Position numbers and translations under genes: made by a program. A stretch of DNA of 64,000 nt from Salpingoeca rosetta. Taxonomy: Eukaryota; Protista; Choanoflagellata. Numbering within the stretch: the first letter of the stretch is position 1; each line of letters starts with the position of its first letter. Shown piece by piece: positions 1-19,377 of this stretch. Location: positions 2,161,308-2,225,307 of the forward strand of contig JAWQFM010000001.1 of assembly GCA_033442325.1 (NCBI GenBank), written 5' to 3'. The notes under the pieces were generated by a model that saw only the letters and a list, made by a program, of their open reading frames with translations, ran no database searches and was not told where the DNA came from.

Positions 1-366
1 CAGCAGCAGCCAAGCAATGAGAATCAGCAGGCCGCCTGCAATGGACGCGCCAAGGATGATGGCCAGCATATCCGTGCTCAGGGCAAACGTGTCTGCGTTG
101 CCTTGCACAAGATAAAGTACAGGTGTACAGATGTGTGACGGTGTGTGTGTGTGTGTGTGTGTATGTGTGTGTGCGTGTGTGTGTGTGTGTGTGTGTTTGT
201 GTCGTCCGACTCTCTGTGTGGTTTCTAAAAGTGCAAGGACTCGAGGACTCGAGGACTCGGATGATCCACCAACGGTGAGCGGCAACAGCCTGCTCTAAAC
301 GCTGGTGCATTGGGTGCATTGTGTTGCTCTCACACACACATACACACGCACACACATGCACACACG

Positions 367-447
<81 letters not shown>

Positions 448-494
448 GTATCGGGCTCCGCCGTTGGCGCTGCAGGGGATGGCGCAGTCGACAT
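1..494 (-). CDS. 5' part of a single-pass membrane protein (runs off window start)
   Basis: Exon 494-446 (ATG, MSTAPSPAAPTAEPDT, ACAG|gtgtg donor, phase 1) splices in frame to an exon from about 100 down to 1 reading DTFALSTDMLAIILGASIAGGLLILIAWLLL, a clear hydrophobic helix. Confidence 0.55.
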
Positions 495-1041
495 GGCTGC
501 TGCGTCGTCGTGGTGGTGGGGTGAAGTGTGGTGGGCGCGAGCGGTGGTGGTGGTGCTTCATTGGTGGTGTTTTGCTATCTGTCACTGTGGCACGCCTTCG
601 AGGCAGCGAAGTGCGCCCTCAAGAATTTCGTCAGGAAACTTGTTTCAGCCACCAGACGTTTGCCTGCAAGAAGCAAGCATTGCCTTGACCTCAGCACCTC
701 ACCATCAGCACCCCCCCCCCCACGTGGCGCGGACATTTGCGATTGATGTATGGATATGCGCACGAATAAGCCAAACAAAGCAAGCAATCTACTAGAGAGA
801 CAGAGAGAGAGAGCCCCAAAGATCAGGTTCACAGACAAAGAGGAAAATGATGAGGTAGAATGTCACATGGCATCATGGATGTCAACAAACTAACGGGGAG
901 GCACATGCGAGCGCACGGTGGTTTCTGTATGTGTGTGCGTGTGTGTGCTTCGTGTGTGCATATGTACATGTGTGACATGTGTGTGCATGACAAACCGATG
1001 CAAGTGAGAGCGCGCGGTAAGACTGCGAGAGCAGCATGTGC

Positions 1042-1079
<38 letters not shown>

Positions 1080-1448
1080 TGTGTGCGTGTGTGTGCAGAG
1101 GGCCAAGCAGATGAGGGGGGGGGGAGAAGGGAGAAGGGTCAGCAGAAACGCAAGCTATACACTAATGGACAATGGTCAACATGCACCAGGATAGACACAG
1201 AACAGGGGAAGGACAAGGTGCGCCAGCACACGAACACGCACACAGGCACAGGAAGAGAAGAAATGTCTAGGTAGGCAGCTGACGACACAAGACCGGAAGC
1301 AACACTCAACGGTGGCAAAAGCCCCGCTTGTAACACCGCGAGACAAACCGACAATCAGGACTCCATAGTCAGGCAGGAATGTGCACTGTAGTAAAGCTGA
1401 CCCAGTGAGTAAGACAACAGTCACGGCCACAAAACACTGCACAATCAC

Positions 1449-1526
<78 letters not shown>

Positions 1527-1581
1527 CGTCACCACCATCACCACTGCCGGCTCTGCTGCGTGTCGCCATGTAACAACTGCA

Positions 1582-4349
<2,768 letters not shown>

Positions 4350-4433
4350 GGTGTTTGGTGGGTGGGTGCGGTCGCCTGCAACGCTATGCGCTTGTGCGTG
4401 TGGCTTGTTGCCCACAACGACGCCTAGCCGATA

Positions 4434-4686
4434 CTAAAAGGAGGCCACGCCACTCGAACCGATGATTTGGTATGCTGCTGCTCCAATGGAAAGACCCAGC
4501 GCGAAACGCTTGCTGTTCTTTCCTGTCTGGGAGGTAAAGTAAACACGTAAACCACAACGGTGTGTCAGCAGAAGAAACGAACGAGCACCACACACAACAC
4601 CTGCACTGCCAACCCGTGCAGTCCCATCGACCAAAACGTTGCGTGTGCGTCAAGGTGATGGAGCTTGTCAACGTACTTGTAGCTGC

Positions 4687-4734
<48 letters not shown>

Positions 4735-4895
4735 TGTTTGCCGTTTTGCTTTGCTTCTCACTTGTTGTTGTGGGGTGCTGCTGCTGATGCTGGCTGGGAA
4801 GAAGGGGAGGCGCGGTTGGTGGTGGTGGGCGTGGGCGCTGATGAGCAATCATGTAAGTTATCACTCAAAATTCTACAACGAGACCACCCGCTGGC
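4434..4895 (-). CDS. Tentative small spliced ORF immediately upstream of the WD40 gene
   Basis: Three phase-compatible exons (about 4895-4763, 4683-4601, 4526-4434) give ..PHNNYKYVDKLHHLDAHATFWSMGLHGLAVQTGKNSKRFALGLSIGAAAYQIIGSSGVASF*. No convincing start exon or family motif. Confidence 0.2.
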
Positions 4896-5005
4896 TTCGC
4901 GCACGCAAGCAAGCGAACAAGCGAACAAAGAAGGAAGCACACAGCCAAGTGTTTGTGGGAAGGTGTATGTCCGCTCCGTGTGCGTGTGCTCTTGTACGGA
5001 CATCA

Positions 5006-5041
<36 letters not shown>

Positions 5042-5571
5042 TCTGTGCCTGTGTCTGTGTCCGTCCCTGAGAAAGCAGCCACGCATGCGTGGTGCATGTA
5101 AGGTCACAGGGCAAGGGAAACCCAGAAACCCTGCCGCGCCAGCCAACACACACCAATGCAAAGGGGCGCAAAAGCGGACGTAGGGTTTCATGAAAGTTTT
5201 CCATGAATTTTCGCTCCTTGGCGAACAACAAGCGCGTTGTTGTTTGGGCGCAAACACAGCAGCAAACCACACACTTCGCTACAACCAAACAACAACCACG
5301 ACAGCCAACCAACCCGTCTCGCATTCTTCCTCTTCCTTCTTTGCCCGCTTCTTCTTGTGACATCTTCCAACCAACCAACCAACCAACCAACCCTCCTTGC
5401 CCACCGCCGTCGCTGCTGCTGTTGTTGTTGCTGTGCAGCCACCAACCAGCCCCGACACGACACCTATCGCTCCCCCTCGCTCGTTCGCACGACACATACA
5501 CCGCTGACCCTAGCAGGCTTCATCGACTCAGACCACCTTGTTTTCGTTCCTCCACCCTCCCCAACTACGCC

Positions 5572-9006
<3,435 letters not shown>

Positions 9007-10018
9007 ATTGAAGCTGGCACGACTTCCCTTTCGCCCAAACACACCCTGAAGGCTGTCTTCTGCTCTCCCCGTCCCTCACCTTCCCGCCAACACCATCTGC
9101 TTCCTTCCAAACTATCTCGCCCTTGCGTGTTGTGTCTTGACTGTTGCCCACAGTGTGCGCATGTTCGCCACAGACACGTGTGTCCATGTATGTACGTTCC
9201 CCTGTCGCAATGCGAATGGCGGCTCGCACCCTATTTTGTTTTTGTTTTTGTTTGGTTCCTTGAATCTCCACTGCCGTTGTTTGTCCGACCAGCAAGTGGT
9301 GTAGCTGAATGCGTTTGTTTGTTTGTTTGTTTGTTTGTTTGCTTGTTTGCTTGCTTGTTTGTTTGTTTGTTTGTTTGTGCGCGCGCGTTGCTACTGGTGC
9401 TGCTGTTCTCGCATTCGCATTTGAGTTGCGACTGAGTTCTCATTGTCGTTCGTGTTGCTGGACCACCACCTCCACCACCTCCGCCCTTTTCTCGTGCGCA
9501 ACTTCGTGTGCGTGCTTGTGCATGTGTCTGTGCCCTTGTTTGCGTCGTCGTCGTGTTGTTGATTCAACCCCCCCCCCCCCCTTTCACCACCATGCTTAGC
9601 GCGTTTGGTGCTTGTGTTTTGTGGTTTCGCTGTGATGCGGTCTCTGCCCTCTGCCCTCTGCAATGACTTTTTGTGCTTTGCGTCTTTGCTTCTTGAACTT
9701 GATCACGTGTGTGTGTGTGTTGTCTCGTGCCGTCAAGCTAATAGACTTCTGTGAATGAGCAAGGGCGTGACAGCAGAGTGCTGGCAACATGCGTGTGAAT
9801 TTGTCTTCTTCTGCAATGCAAGCATGGGGCAAAGGAGGCGCGGGTGGGTCTGTTCATGTACAACTGCCAAAATGTATTCAAAGCACATCCACAGTCCAAC
9901 CCCAAGCCACAAACAAATGCAACACAAACAAACGAACGAACAACTGCAGGCGCGCGTGTATGTGTGCGCACACATGATGGACAAAACACGAACAAACACT
10001 CAAAACATGCATGCAGAG

Positions 10019-11564
10019 TCACGAGGATAGCTTGAGCTGAGTGTGCGAGGAAACAGATTGCGAGAGAGAACTCTTGAGAGAAATGGAGGTTGACGTGGTC
10101 AAGAAAGCAGATGGCTCATCTGAGGATGACGATGGTGACGACAGCGTTGCTGATTGTGCATCGGCAACAGCCACGGCACTGGAAGGGTTGTACATGCTAG
10201 GCCGTGAGTTGGATGCGCCCACGTATTGCTGGTGTGATGGAGGCAGAGAGTAACCGAGACCACCACTCGTATTGACTGTGGCTGGGGTGTTTGCTCCGCT
10301 ATTTCTCGCAGGGGGCACCAGTGGTTGCACTTGCTCGTCCCCAATCTCATCGCAGGAATCATCGTCGTCTTCGAGATCATCACCAGAGCTGCCTTCACAT
10401 CCAACAATGCCACTGCCGTGAGCGTTGCTGCTGCTGCTGGTGCTGTTGCCGGTGCTGTGGGTGGAGTGTGCAAAATTGTTGGTGTTGGCTGGCGCCAGCG
10501 AGAATGCATCAGCCAAAGGGTTCACGGTGGCCCCGCCTGTTTCAAGCTTCAGCTCTGCCAACAGTGAAAACTCTGGGGCTTTTGTTGAGGCTGTTGATGC
10601 TGTTGTGAGTGCAGTTGTCTCCATGCCTCCTGTAGCCGCTGTGGTCGCTGCTGTGTACTTCTTCGTTTGTGCTGGCGAGGATGGAGGAGTGAGCAAACGC
10701 GCAACAGATGGTCGAAGCACCAGCGCAGGCGTCTTCCTCGCCCCATCTTTTGCTGTCGCTGTTGCTGTTGCTGTTGGCTCTGTCGCTGTTGTTGGTGGTA
10801 CTGTTGATGTTGGTGCTGCTGTTGGTGTCAGTGGCGATGCTTGCGGCTTTGGTGGCGCGTGCGATCTGGGGTTGAGGGCCTCTGCTCGACGAATGGCGGC
10901 GTTGTGTGGCGAACGTGCAGCCACTGGCTCGAACACATCAACGCTGGCTGTTGTCGTGGTGGTGATGTCCGCCTTGTTGGGGGTGAGCTGAGCATCGTTG
11001 ATGCCAACCTCCACTGTCAGTGCGCAGTGCTTCAGGGGCTGGTCGTGTTCGGTTCGCAGCAGCAGGCGCGTGCAGTCGCGTGTCAGCGCCGTGATGGCAA
11101 TCGCCGTCTGGCCCAGCACAGGCCACCTGCTCACATCGTCATGGGCCGCTGCTGCCTGTGCGGTACCTGCATCCGGCTCATCCCCGAGGTGTTGGCGCCC
11201 ATGTGACTGCGATCCGGTATTGCGCTTGCTTTGATGTGAGGGTTTCCCTGTCGCTCGTGTGGAAGCAGGGGACACCCGCACCACAAGGAGAAGGCAGGCC
11301 AGTTCAGGGTAGCGGACATGGCAGTGAAATGCGGGCACGTTGAGCTGAAACACATCACCACTGCCGGTGCCGCTTTTCGCCCTCCCACGGTTGCTGCTAC
11401 TGCTGTTGTTGCTGAGCGCGATGCGTTGCAGCACACGTGTTCGTGCTTGATCACAGGGTGCGCCCATCACAACAGCTTCCACAGCAACTTCGACCCCTCG
11501 CGCATGCTTTGACACATGCGCGTCATGTTCTCCGCTGCCGTCGTCCTGCTGTCCTTCCCCTTGA

Positions 11565-11599
<35 letters not shown>

Positions 11600-13147
11600 G
11601 TAGTGCTGCTGCTGCTGTTGCTGTTCATGATGCCCGCCTTCACGCTCAGACTTTGAGGTTGCGTGCTTCCATTGTCCGTTTCGTGTCAACAGCGCGGCGT
11701 GTGGCGGCGGCAAGAACGTCGCTGGCACTGGCACATATGGTCGCAGGTAATGTCGATCGAAGGTGGCTTTGCCTGCCTGTTTATCGTGGCTGTGCTGCTG
11801 CTCACTGTGGTGCTTGTGGTGGTGGTGGTGGTGGTGGTGGTGGTGGTGGTTGCTGTGTCTGTCGTGGTGGAGAGTGCCATGACGCTGTAGCGTGAGGTGC
11901 TGGCGCTTCAGCTGTTTGCGGTGGCGAGCGAGCAGCTTGAGCACGCGCCGTCTTGATACGGCCAGGCCCTGCACCTGGATGGTGACGTGCTGCGGTGGTG
12001 CTTTATCCGTCATGTCAGTGTCTGTCGCTGCTCGAGCTGTTGCTACAGCATCTGTGTCGCCAGTGGTGCCTGCGGCAGCCGGCAGGGCGTGGTCACTGCC
12101 ACCAAAGAGGTCACAGCGAATCACTTCTGTTCGCAGGCACTCTGGCTTGAGCACGTACCCTGCCCCGCCATTGTGGGTGCGGAAGTAACCGGTTGTTGCC
12201 CACACGCTCTCATCTGCGTGCGGAAGGTGCAACGCCGCCAGCTGCACGCCTTGGTGCATGAGGGTGATGGGAGATGCGTGGGGTGCGCCAACGCCAATGT
12301 CGTCGGGGCGCGCGAGAACGAGGTGGCGGTGCGCATGTTCCATCATGCTGGATGCTCCGTTGCGCGTGTGCTTCTCCAGCTGCTTGTACGTGAACTCTGT
12401 GGCTGCGTGGGTGGCGGCAAATCTGCTCCCGTACAAGCTCTTGAATGTGGTGAAGTCGAGGTAGACGAGGCGCTTCAGCTCGGGCGGCAGGCCGCGGTAC
12501 CGCCGCCGGCCCAGCCCGTTGTCGCGGTGCACAAGGACCACCTTGTGCATGAGTTCCTGCGGCGTGTGCAGCGTGGTGGCCGGGCCCGAGGGGACAAAGA
12601 GAAGGTCGCCCAGCTCTTCCTCCAGGACGCGTGCCTGTGCCTTCATGCTGCGGTAGGAGCTGTAGTCGTCAATGAGGAGCAGGAGCGGGTAGCTGCTGCG
12701 CTCGAAGGCGCATTCCCGAACCGCGGCCACGCAGGCGCGAAGGCTGATGGGCTTGGCGGCGTGCGCGACGTGAAACACCACGGGCTCGCTGGAGGTGAGC
12801 GGTGACATGTAGGAGAGCCAGCCGGGAGGGCGATCGTGGACAGCGAGGTGGATGCAACGCGCGTTTGTGGTCTGCAGGACGCGTCGTAGCGCAGCCGTGC
12901 TCGGCGTGCCTTTGATAACAGCGTTTGCATCCACAAAAGCGTTCCACGCCGTGAAGATGTAGTAATGGGAGAGGGGCTGCGTCATGTCATCCAAATCACA
13001 CGTGACGATGTCTTCAGCTGGATCGCCAGTTCTAGCTGCTGCTGCTGCTGCTGTTGCTTGTGGTGTGGTGGTGTGGGAGGACGCCCGGTCCACTGTCTCT
13101 TGCGCCGCCACAGCAGCAGCCGTCATTGTTGAAGCGCTTGATCCCAT
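10019..13147 (-). CDS. Phosphoinositide phospholipase C-like protein (X box, Y box, split C2), probably catalytically inactive, N-myristoylation motif
   Basis: Single 1042-aa ORF. X box DDMTQPLSHYYIF..AFERSSYPLLLLID..LEEELGDLL..TPQELMHKVVL; Y box LPPELKRLV..GVQLAAL..GYFRTHNGGAGYVLKPECLR; C2 VRYPELACLLLVV..VLGQTAIAITAL. Starts MGSSAS. Confidence 0.85.
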
Positions 13148-13241
13148 CTGTGTGTGAGTACGCGTGGGAGTGTGTGGGGGGGAGTGAGTGTGGGAGTGTG
13201 TGAGTGAGTGAGTGAATGTGAGCGAGTGAGTGAGTGAGTGA

Positions 13242-13278
<37 letters not shown>

Positions 13279-13379
13279 TGAGTGAGTGAGTGTGTGAGTG
13301 AGTGAGTGAGTGAGTGAGTGTGTGAGTGAGTGAGTGAGTGAATGTGAGTGAGTGAGTGAGTGAGTGTGTGTGTGTGTGT

Positions 13380-13479
13380 NNNNNNNNNNNNNNNNNNNNN
13401 NNNNNNNNNNNNNNNNNNNNNNNNNNNNNNNNNNNNNNNNNNNNNNNNNNNNNNNNNNNNNNNNNNNNNNNNNNNNNNN
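13380..13479. other. Assembly gap (100 N)
   Basis: Run of N flanked by (TG)/(TGAG) repeats. Confidence 0.99.
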
Positions 13480-13954
13480 TGACTGAGTGTGTGTGTGTGT
13501 GTGTGATAGAGCAAAGGGGTGGAACGAGCAGACGTTGACGCGTAATGTGGCTGACCGTATCGTATCGGATGGGTGAAGAACCGCGGTTCAGAGCAGAGGA
13601 AGCGGACGAAGAAGTTCAAGTAAACAAGCACAAATGGTGGCTGCTACCGTTTGTTAACAGCGAACAACGACTGCGACTCGACTGGTGTTGCTGCGAAGGT
13701 GAGTGCGCTGTCTGCTGCGTTCGCTGTTCTTGTTGGATCAATGGTGTGCAGGTAGGCAGGTGCAAGCGAAACAATGAGTGTGAGCGGAGTGAGTGCGTCG
13801 TGTGTGGGAGAGCAAGAAGAAGCAAAGCTGGTGTGTGTGGTGCGTGTTTGGCGCTGCCGTTTGTGTTGGCAGCGTTCGTCAGCCCATAGTGGCGTTGAAG
13901 AGCTGGGAAGAGCGTGACGAGAAAATGCAGTTTGTGGTGTCGAAAACAACGACG

Positions 13955-14125
13955 ATGCTGTCGCTGCGTGGTGGAGCTGCGCTCCTGTTGCTGCTCCTTC
14001 TTCTCCAACCTGCGCATGTCGTCGTCGCTGCTCAGCAGCATCACGATGATCATGATGATGGTGTTGGTGCTGACAGTGGACCCAAGGAGGTACGCTACGT
14101 GCTGCCCCGTTGCATGGTCATGTGA

Positions 14126-14192
<67 letters not shown>

Positions 14193-14830
14193 GGAAACAA
14201 GAGGGGGGGGAGGGGGCAAGAGATTACAGTCCAGTGTGAAACGCATTGAGCAGCAGTCTTGTACTCCCTCATGTCACGTCACTCACTCACTCACTCACTC
14301 AAACACTCACTCACTCACTCAAACACACTCACTCACTCACATTCACACGCAATGACAGATGCATCAAAGAACGGTTCATCATGGCCAATCCATGGTGTGT
14401 GAACAGGTCGCTGCCTCATTAGACAAACTGGAGACGCTTGTGCTGCCGTCTCATCTCCCTCCTTTTTCTGTACCAGATGCTCAAGCACTGCTGGCTCCGA
14501 TTCGTGAGCTGATGCAGGAGCATGGCTGCCAAGTCACCGAGACCAACACAAGCGCAAATGCGGCCCTTGACCCGGCTTCAACTGCGCAGACAGGAGCAGC
14601 GGCAGCAGCACGCACCATGCCGACTCTCAGCGGCGTCGCTGATGAAGCGCTTGTCGAAGGTCCCCCATCGCTGCCTCCGCCTGTTCCACAGGCGAGAGGA
14701 TCCCGTCACGCACCATCAGCAGCCCAACAGCAGCCCGAACCCACAATCTCGTCCATGTGTCGTGCCATCCAAGGCAAGGCTTCGTCTGCCCACTGTCAAC
14801 GCCAACGACACCGCCTTTTGTTTCACCGCC

Positions 14831-14913
<83 letters not shown>

Positions 14914-16656
14914 CTACAACAACAACTACAACAACAACTACAACAACAACTACAACAACAACAACAATCGTCGCCATCTGTACCAGGTGATCAGCCAGAG
15001 AGGAGAAGCCGTCGTGACGTTGATGGCATGACGTTCTTTCATGAGCGCATTGCTGGGTTCGATCCCACCCCTGAGGCGCACGTGGACGAGTACCTGAACA
15101 AGTGCTTCCTGACCCAGCTCATGCGGGGCGATTGCCAAGGAGCCAGCATGGAGGGCTTCCTCACCATCCACTTTGACACGTTCCTCTTCTCCGTCTCACC
15201 GAGGGAGCGTGAGCGCTTGCAGCAGGCCACCGCCAACACCACGCACGTGTGGATGACGGGGCTCATCACCGGGCAGACGCTGCGTTGGGTGCTTGCAAAC
15301 GGCGTGTGGGGTGGTGTGCAGGACCTCACCATCCACGGCCTGGACAACACGGCCGTGTTCAGCATGAGTTGGCTCAACGCCTTCACGCAGCTGGACGCGC
15401 TCGACCTGAGCAGGAACAACCTGGTGGACGTCAACACCACCAGGTTTGCGCAAGCGTCACAGCTCACCGCCCTGTACCTGGACGAAAACGCCCTCACCAC
15501 CATCCGGCCATCCCTGCTCGCGTCCATGACACGCCTCATCACGCTTGGGCTCAGCTACAACAACATCGAGTACATTCCGCGCGATGTCTTTGCGCCGCTC
15601 ACGAGCTTGGAGGAGCTGCTGCTGGACACAAACCACATCACGGCGATGGAGCCTGGGGCGTTTGGCAACCTGACGCGCTTGATCACCCTCGACATCTCCG
15701 CCAACACCCTAACCACCGTGGACAGCGGGCTCTTCCGGCACCTGTCGAACCTGCTTCTCTTGTGGATGGAAATCAACCCCATCCGCCACCTGCACCCAGA
15801 CACGTTCAAGCACGTGCCGGACCTGGGCTTCCTGTCGCTCGCCGTGACAGGCCTTCGCGCCATCCCACCGACGCTCTTCGCCGCCCTCTCGCGCCTCGAC
15901 GCGCTCCGCCTGCACGCGTGCGAGCTGACCTCCATCCCGCCCACCGCCTTCGACTCGCTCACCCGCATGACGCTGCTAACCCTGGCTGGAAACCGCCTCA
16001 CCACCCTGCACCCGGCCGTGCTTGCAAACACCCAAAACCTGTGGGACCTTCTCCTCGACGACAACGCCATCAGTGCGTTGCATGAGGATACCCTCGCGAA
16101 CTGCACCACACTCCGCCTCCTGCATTTGGAGGGCAACAGCCTCAGCCACCTCCCGTCAACCATCTTCCGCAACAGCCACCAGCTGACCATGCTGTTCCTG
16201 ACCCACAACAGCTTCACCTCGCTCGGCTTCCTTGGCGGCGGCGCAGCACCAACACAGCTGCGCGCGCTGCTGCTCAGCCACAACCGCCTCTCCGCCTTTG
16301 ACAGCACCGTCATGAACCTGCAGAACCTGCGTGAGCTTGACCTGAGCGACAACCCCATCACCACGTGCCCCGACATCTCAAACCTGCCCCAGCTGGCCAC
16401 CCTGCGCGTTCGCCGCCACCGCATTGCGCACATCGACCTCACCAGCCTGCTGCGACAGCAGTTTGTGAATGTGCTGGAGTTTGACGCCGGCCCAAACACG
16501 CCATCGCGCGCCAGGGCCACGCTTGACACGGCGCAGCTCGAGCCCTGGCAGGGCCACCGCCTTCGCACGCTCTTGCTTGCAGGCATCAACAGCGAAAGCG
16601 TCATCACAGCACTCCTGCAACACCAGCGGCGCCTCTCTGCCAGCGGTGCTGCTGAC

Positions 16657-16690
<34 letters not shown>

Positions 16691-18143
16691 GTGATGACAC
16701 GACACGCGAGCCCGAGCAGCGAGGGACGTCAGTGCAGCTGGAGACCCTCCATCTTGGGTGGCCCGGGCTGGACTCAAGCGTGATGACAGACGACGAGCTG
16801 TGCAGCCTGCTCCTGTTTGGCACGCGCGAGCTACAGCTGGTTGGCACCTCCCTCACCTCCATCACCCTCTGTCCGCAGTTTCCACAAGCAACTGTGCTTC
16901 TGCAAGACAACCCGCAGCTCACATCCGTCACCATCCCATCCAACCTGAGGCACTTGAACGTGTCCGACTGCCCCCAGCTCACCCACCTCGCTGTCCCCAG
17001 CGTGGACATCCTCGACATCAGCGGCACGCGCATCCAGCCCACCAACACCATCTGCCGGGCGTGGGGCAGCACCATGCTGTTCGCACGCCGCCTGCACGTG
17101 CCCCTGTTCGAGACGCCAGCAACAGCGCACGCCATGCTGCGCCAGTGCCTGCGTCACGTGCTGGTGCTGGACCTGTCGGAAACAGACTGGCTCGACCGGC
17201 CCTCGCTTCTCACGCCCGTCACGCGTGACATCACCGTGCTCTCCTCGGAGACGTTTCTGTTTGCAGACCAGGTGACCGTGCCGCACTCTCGCGAGAGCCC
17301 GCCGCTGTTCCAGCTCGAAGGCGCGAGCATCACGTGCAACCTTCGCCTCACCAACACCGTGCTGCGGCCCGACATCAACCCAACCGTCTCCGCACAGGAA
17401 CTCTCGTACTTCTTCGAGTGCACGTGTGCCCGCGGATACAAGAAGACGGGTGGAGGGCGGTGTGTGCTTGACCGACCAAACATCCCGGGCATTGCTGCCG
17501 GCTCTGTGATTGGCGGCCTTGCGCTGGGGCTGGCCATGGTGTGGATGTACCGCCGGTACCACAGGCTGTGGCTCAGCGAAGACTTGCACAAGCAGCTGCT
17601 GGTGGAGAGGGACGAAGAAGTGATGGCGCTGAAGAAGGCGTGGGAGATTGAGTACGGTGAGCTGAGGATGATCAAGCGTGTGGCTGCGGGTGCGTTTGGT
17701 GTGGTGTTCAAGGCACAATGGGACACGGTAACGGTGGCAGTCAAAGTGCTGCAGCAAGGTGTGATGATGTTTGATGAGAGCACGGTGGTTGAGTTTGAGA
17801 AGGAGGTGGAGTTCTTGCAACGGACACGGCACCCGCACGTGGTGCGCTTCTTTGGCGCGGGCACAGACCCCAACGGCAGCCCGTTCCTGGTGCTGGAGTT
17901 TGTGGCCATGGGGTCACTCAAGGACCTGCTGGGAAAGGACATGGAGAAAGCGTTGGTGGAGATGAACCAGGATGTTGATGCAAGTGATGACACCAGTGAT
18001 GGGGTGAACACAGTGTGGGAGTTGAAGCTGCGACTGCTGCGTGATGTTGCGAGCGGGATGGCCTTTATCCACAGCCTCGACCAAGCGCACAGGTTTGTGT
18101 ACGAAGGGGAGGGGTAGGTGTTTGGGGGATGGGGGTGGTCTGC

Positions 18144-18230
<87 letters not shown>

Positions 18231-19200
18231 AAAGAAAGAGGCTGCGCGCGCGTGTGTGTGTACCTAAACAATGCAATCTGATGTGATATTATTGCAGTTC
18301 GTTGCCATCACACTCTCTCACACACACGCACACACACGCATTCATGAACACCCTCAACTCATGCACGCACACATACACACACAACACAACACAACACACA
18401 CATGCATGCACTGCAGAGATCTGAAGAGCGGGAATGTGCTGGTGTCATCGCGCCTGCGAGCCAAGATTACGGATTTTGGATCCATTCGCCAGTGCCTCGC
18501 GGGTGGCACCTCCAAGCGCGCGCATACATCAGCGGCCACGACAGCACTCACGCCACTGCCCGTTCATGATGACCTGGAGTACTCGCAGGCAGTGGGCACC
18601 GCGACGATCAACCCGAGCATGACGATGACGGCGGGCGTGGGGACGCCGCTGTACATGGCGCCGGAGGTGCTGTTGGGCGACAAGTACAACGCCAAGGCAG
18701 ACGTGTTCAGCTTTGGCGTGCTGATGTGGGAGGTGGCGACACAGCGTGTGCCAGACTTGATTGAGCAGGAGAAAGGGGGCGACTTCCGTGGCCCGCTCAT
18801 GGCTGTGTTGCACGACCTCCTGGCACAGGGGAAGCGGCTCAACTTTCCAGGTGTGTGTGTATGCGCGCTGTGGTGTGTGTGTGTGTGTGTGTGTACGTGT
18901 GTGTACGTGTGTGTGTGTACGTGTGTGTGTGTGTGTATACGTGCGTGTCTTTGTGAAAACGGGACAGCTCATGTGGAAGGTTTTACGTGGAGTGTGGCCA
19001 TTGCATTCTCACGCCCATTTCGTGATCACCATCATCGTCACCATCACTATCACCATCATCATGCAGATGGGCTGTGCGACGGGTGGTTTGAGGAGCTGAG
19101 TCTGCGGTGCATGGCGCAGGACCCAAGCGAGCGGCCCACGTTTGCCCGCCTCGAGCACACGGGCCTGCGTTCACGCAGCGTGCAGTCATCCACCGCGTGA
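13955..19200 (+). CDS. Leucine-rich-repeat receptor kinase (signal peptide, polyQ pro-region, LRRs, EGF-like motif, TM helix, TKL-group kinase)
   Basis: Exons 13955-14089 (signal peptide [26 protein letters not shown]), 14359-18092, 18417-18850, 19067-19200, all phase-compatible. More than 12 LxxLxLxxN repeats, CTCARGYKKTGGGRC, TM IAAGSVIGGLALGLAMVWMY, kinase motifs GAFG, VAVK, HRDLKSGN, DFG, GTPLYMAPE, DVFSFG, RPTF. Confidence 0.93.
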
Positions 19201-19329
19201 AGCCGCTGCAACATCATAGCTGATTAGTGCACGGTGCTTTGTTGTCGATGGCATGTTTGCGCGCGGGTGTGTGTGTGTGTGTTTGTGTAGTGTAGTGTAG
19301 TGTGTAGTGCAGTGTGTCTGTGTGTGTGC

Positions 19330-19372
<43 letters not shown>

Positions 19373-19377
<5 letters not shown>

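Noticed and set aside
4371-4418. RFX X-box-like sequences (GTCGCCTGCAAC, GTTGCCCACAAC) upstream of the WD40 gene
   Set aside because: Imperfect matches that are expected by chance in GTTG/CAAC-rich DNA, so they cannot be supported without data.
15555-17135. Long antisense ORFs (also 29949-32000, 30226-31653, 11987-12805)
   Set aside because: Shadow frames opposite GC-rich real exons, with no motifs of their own.
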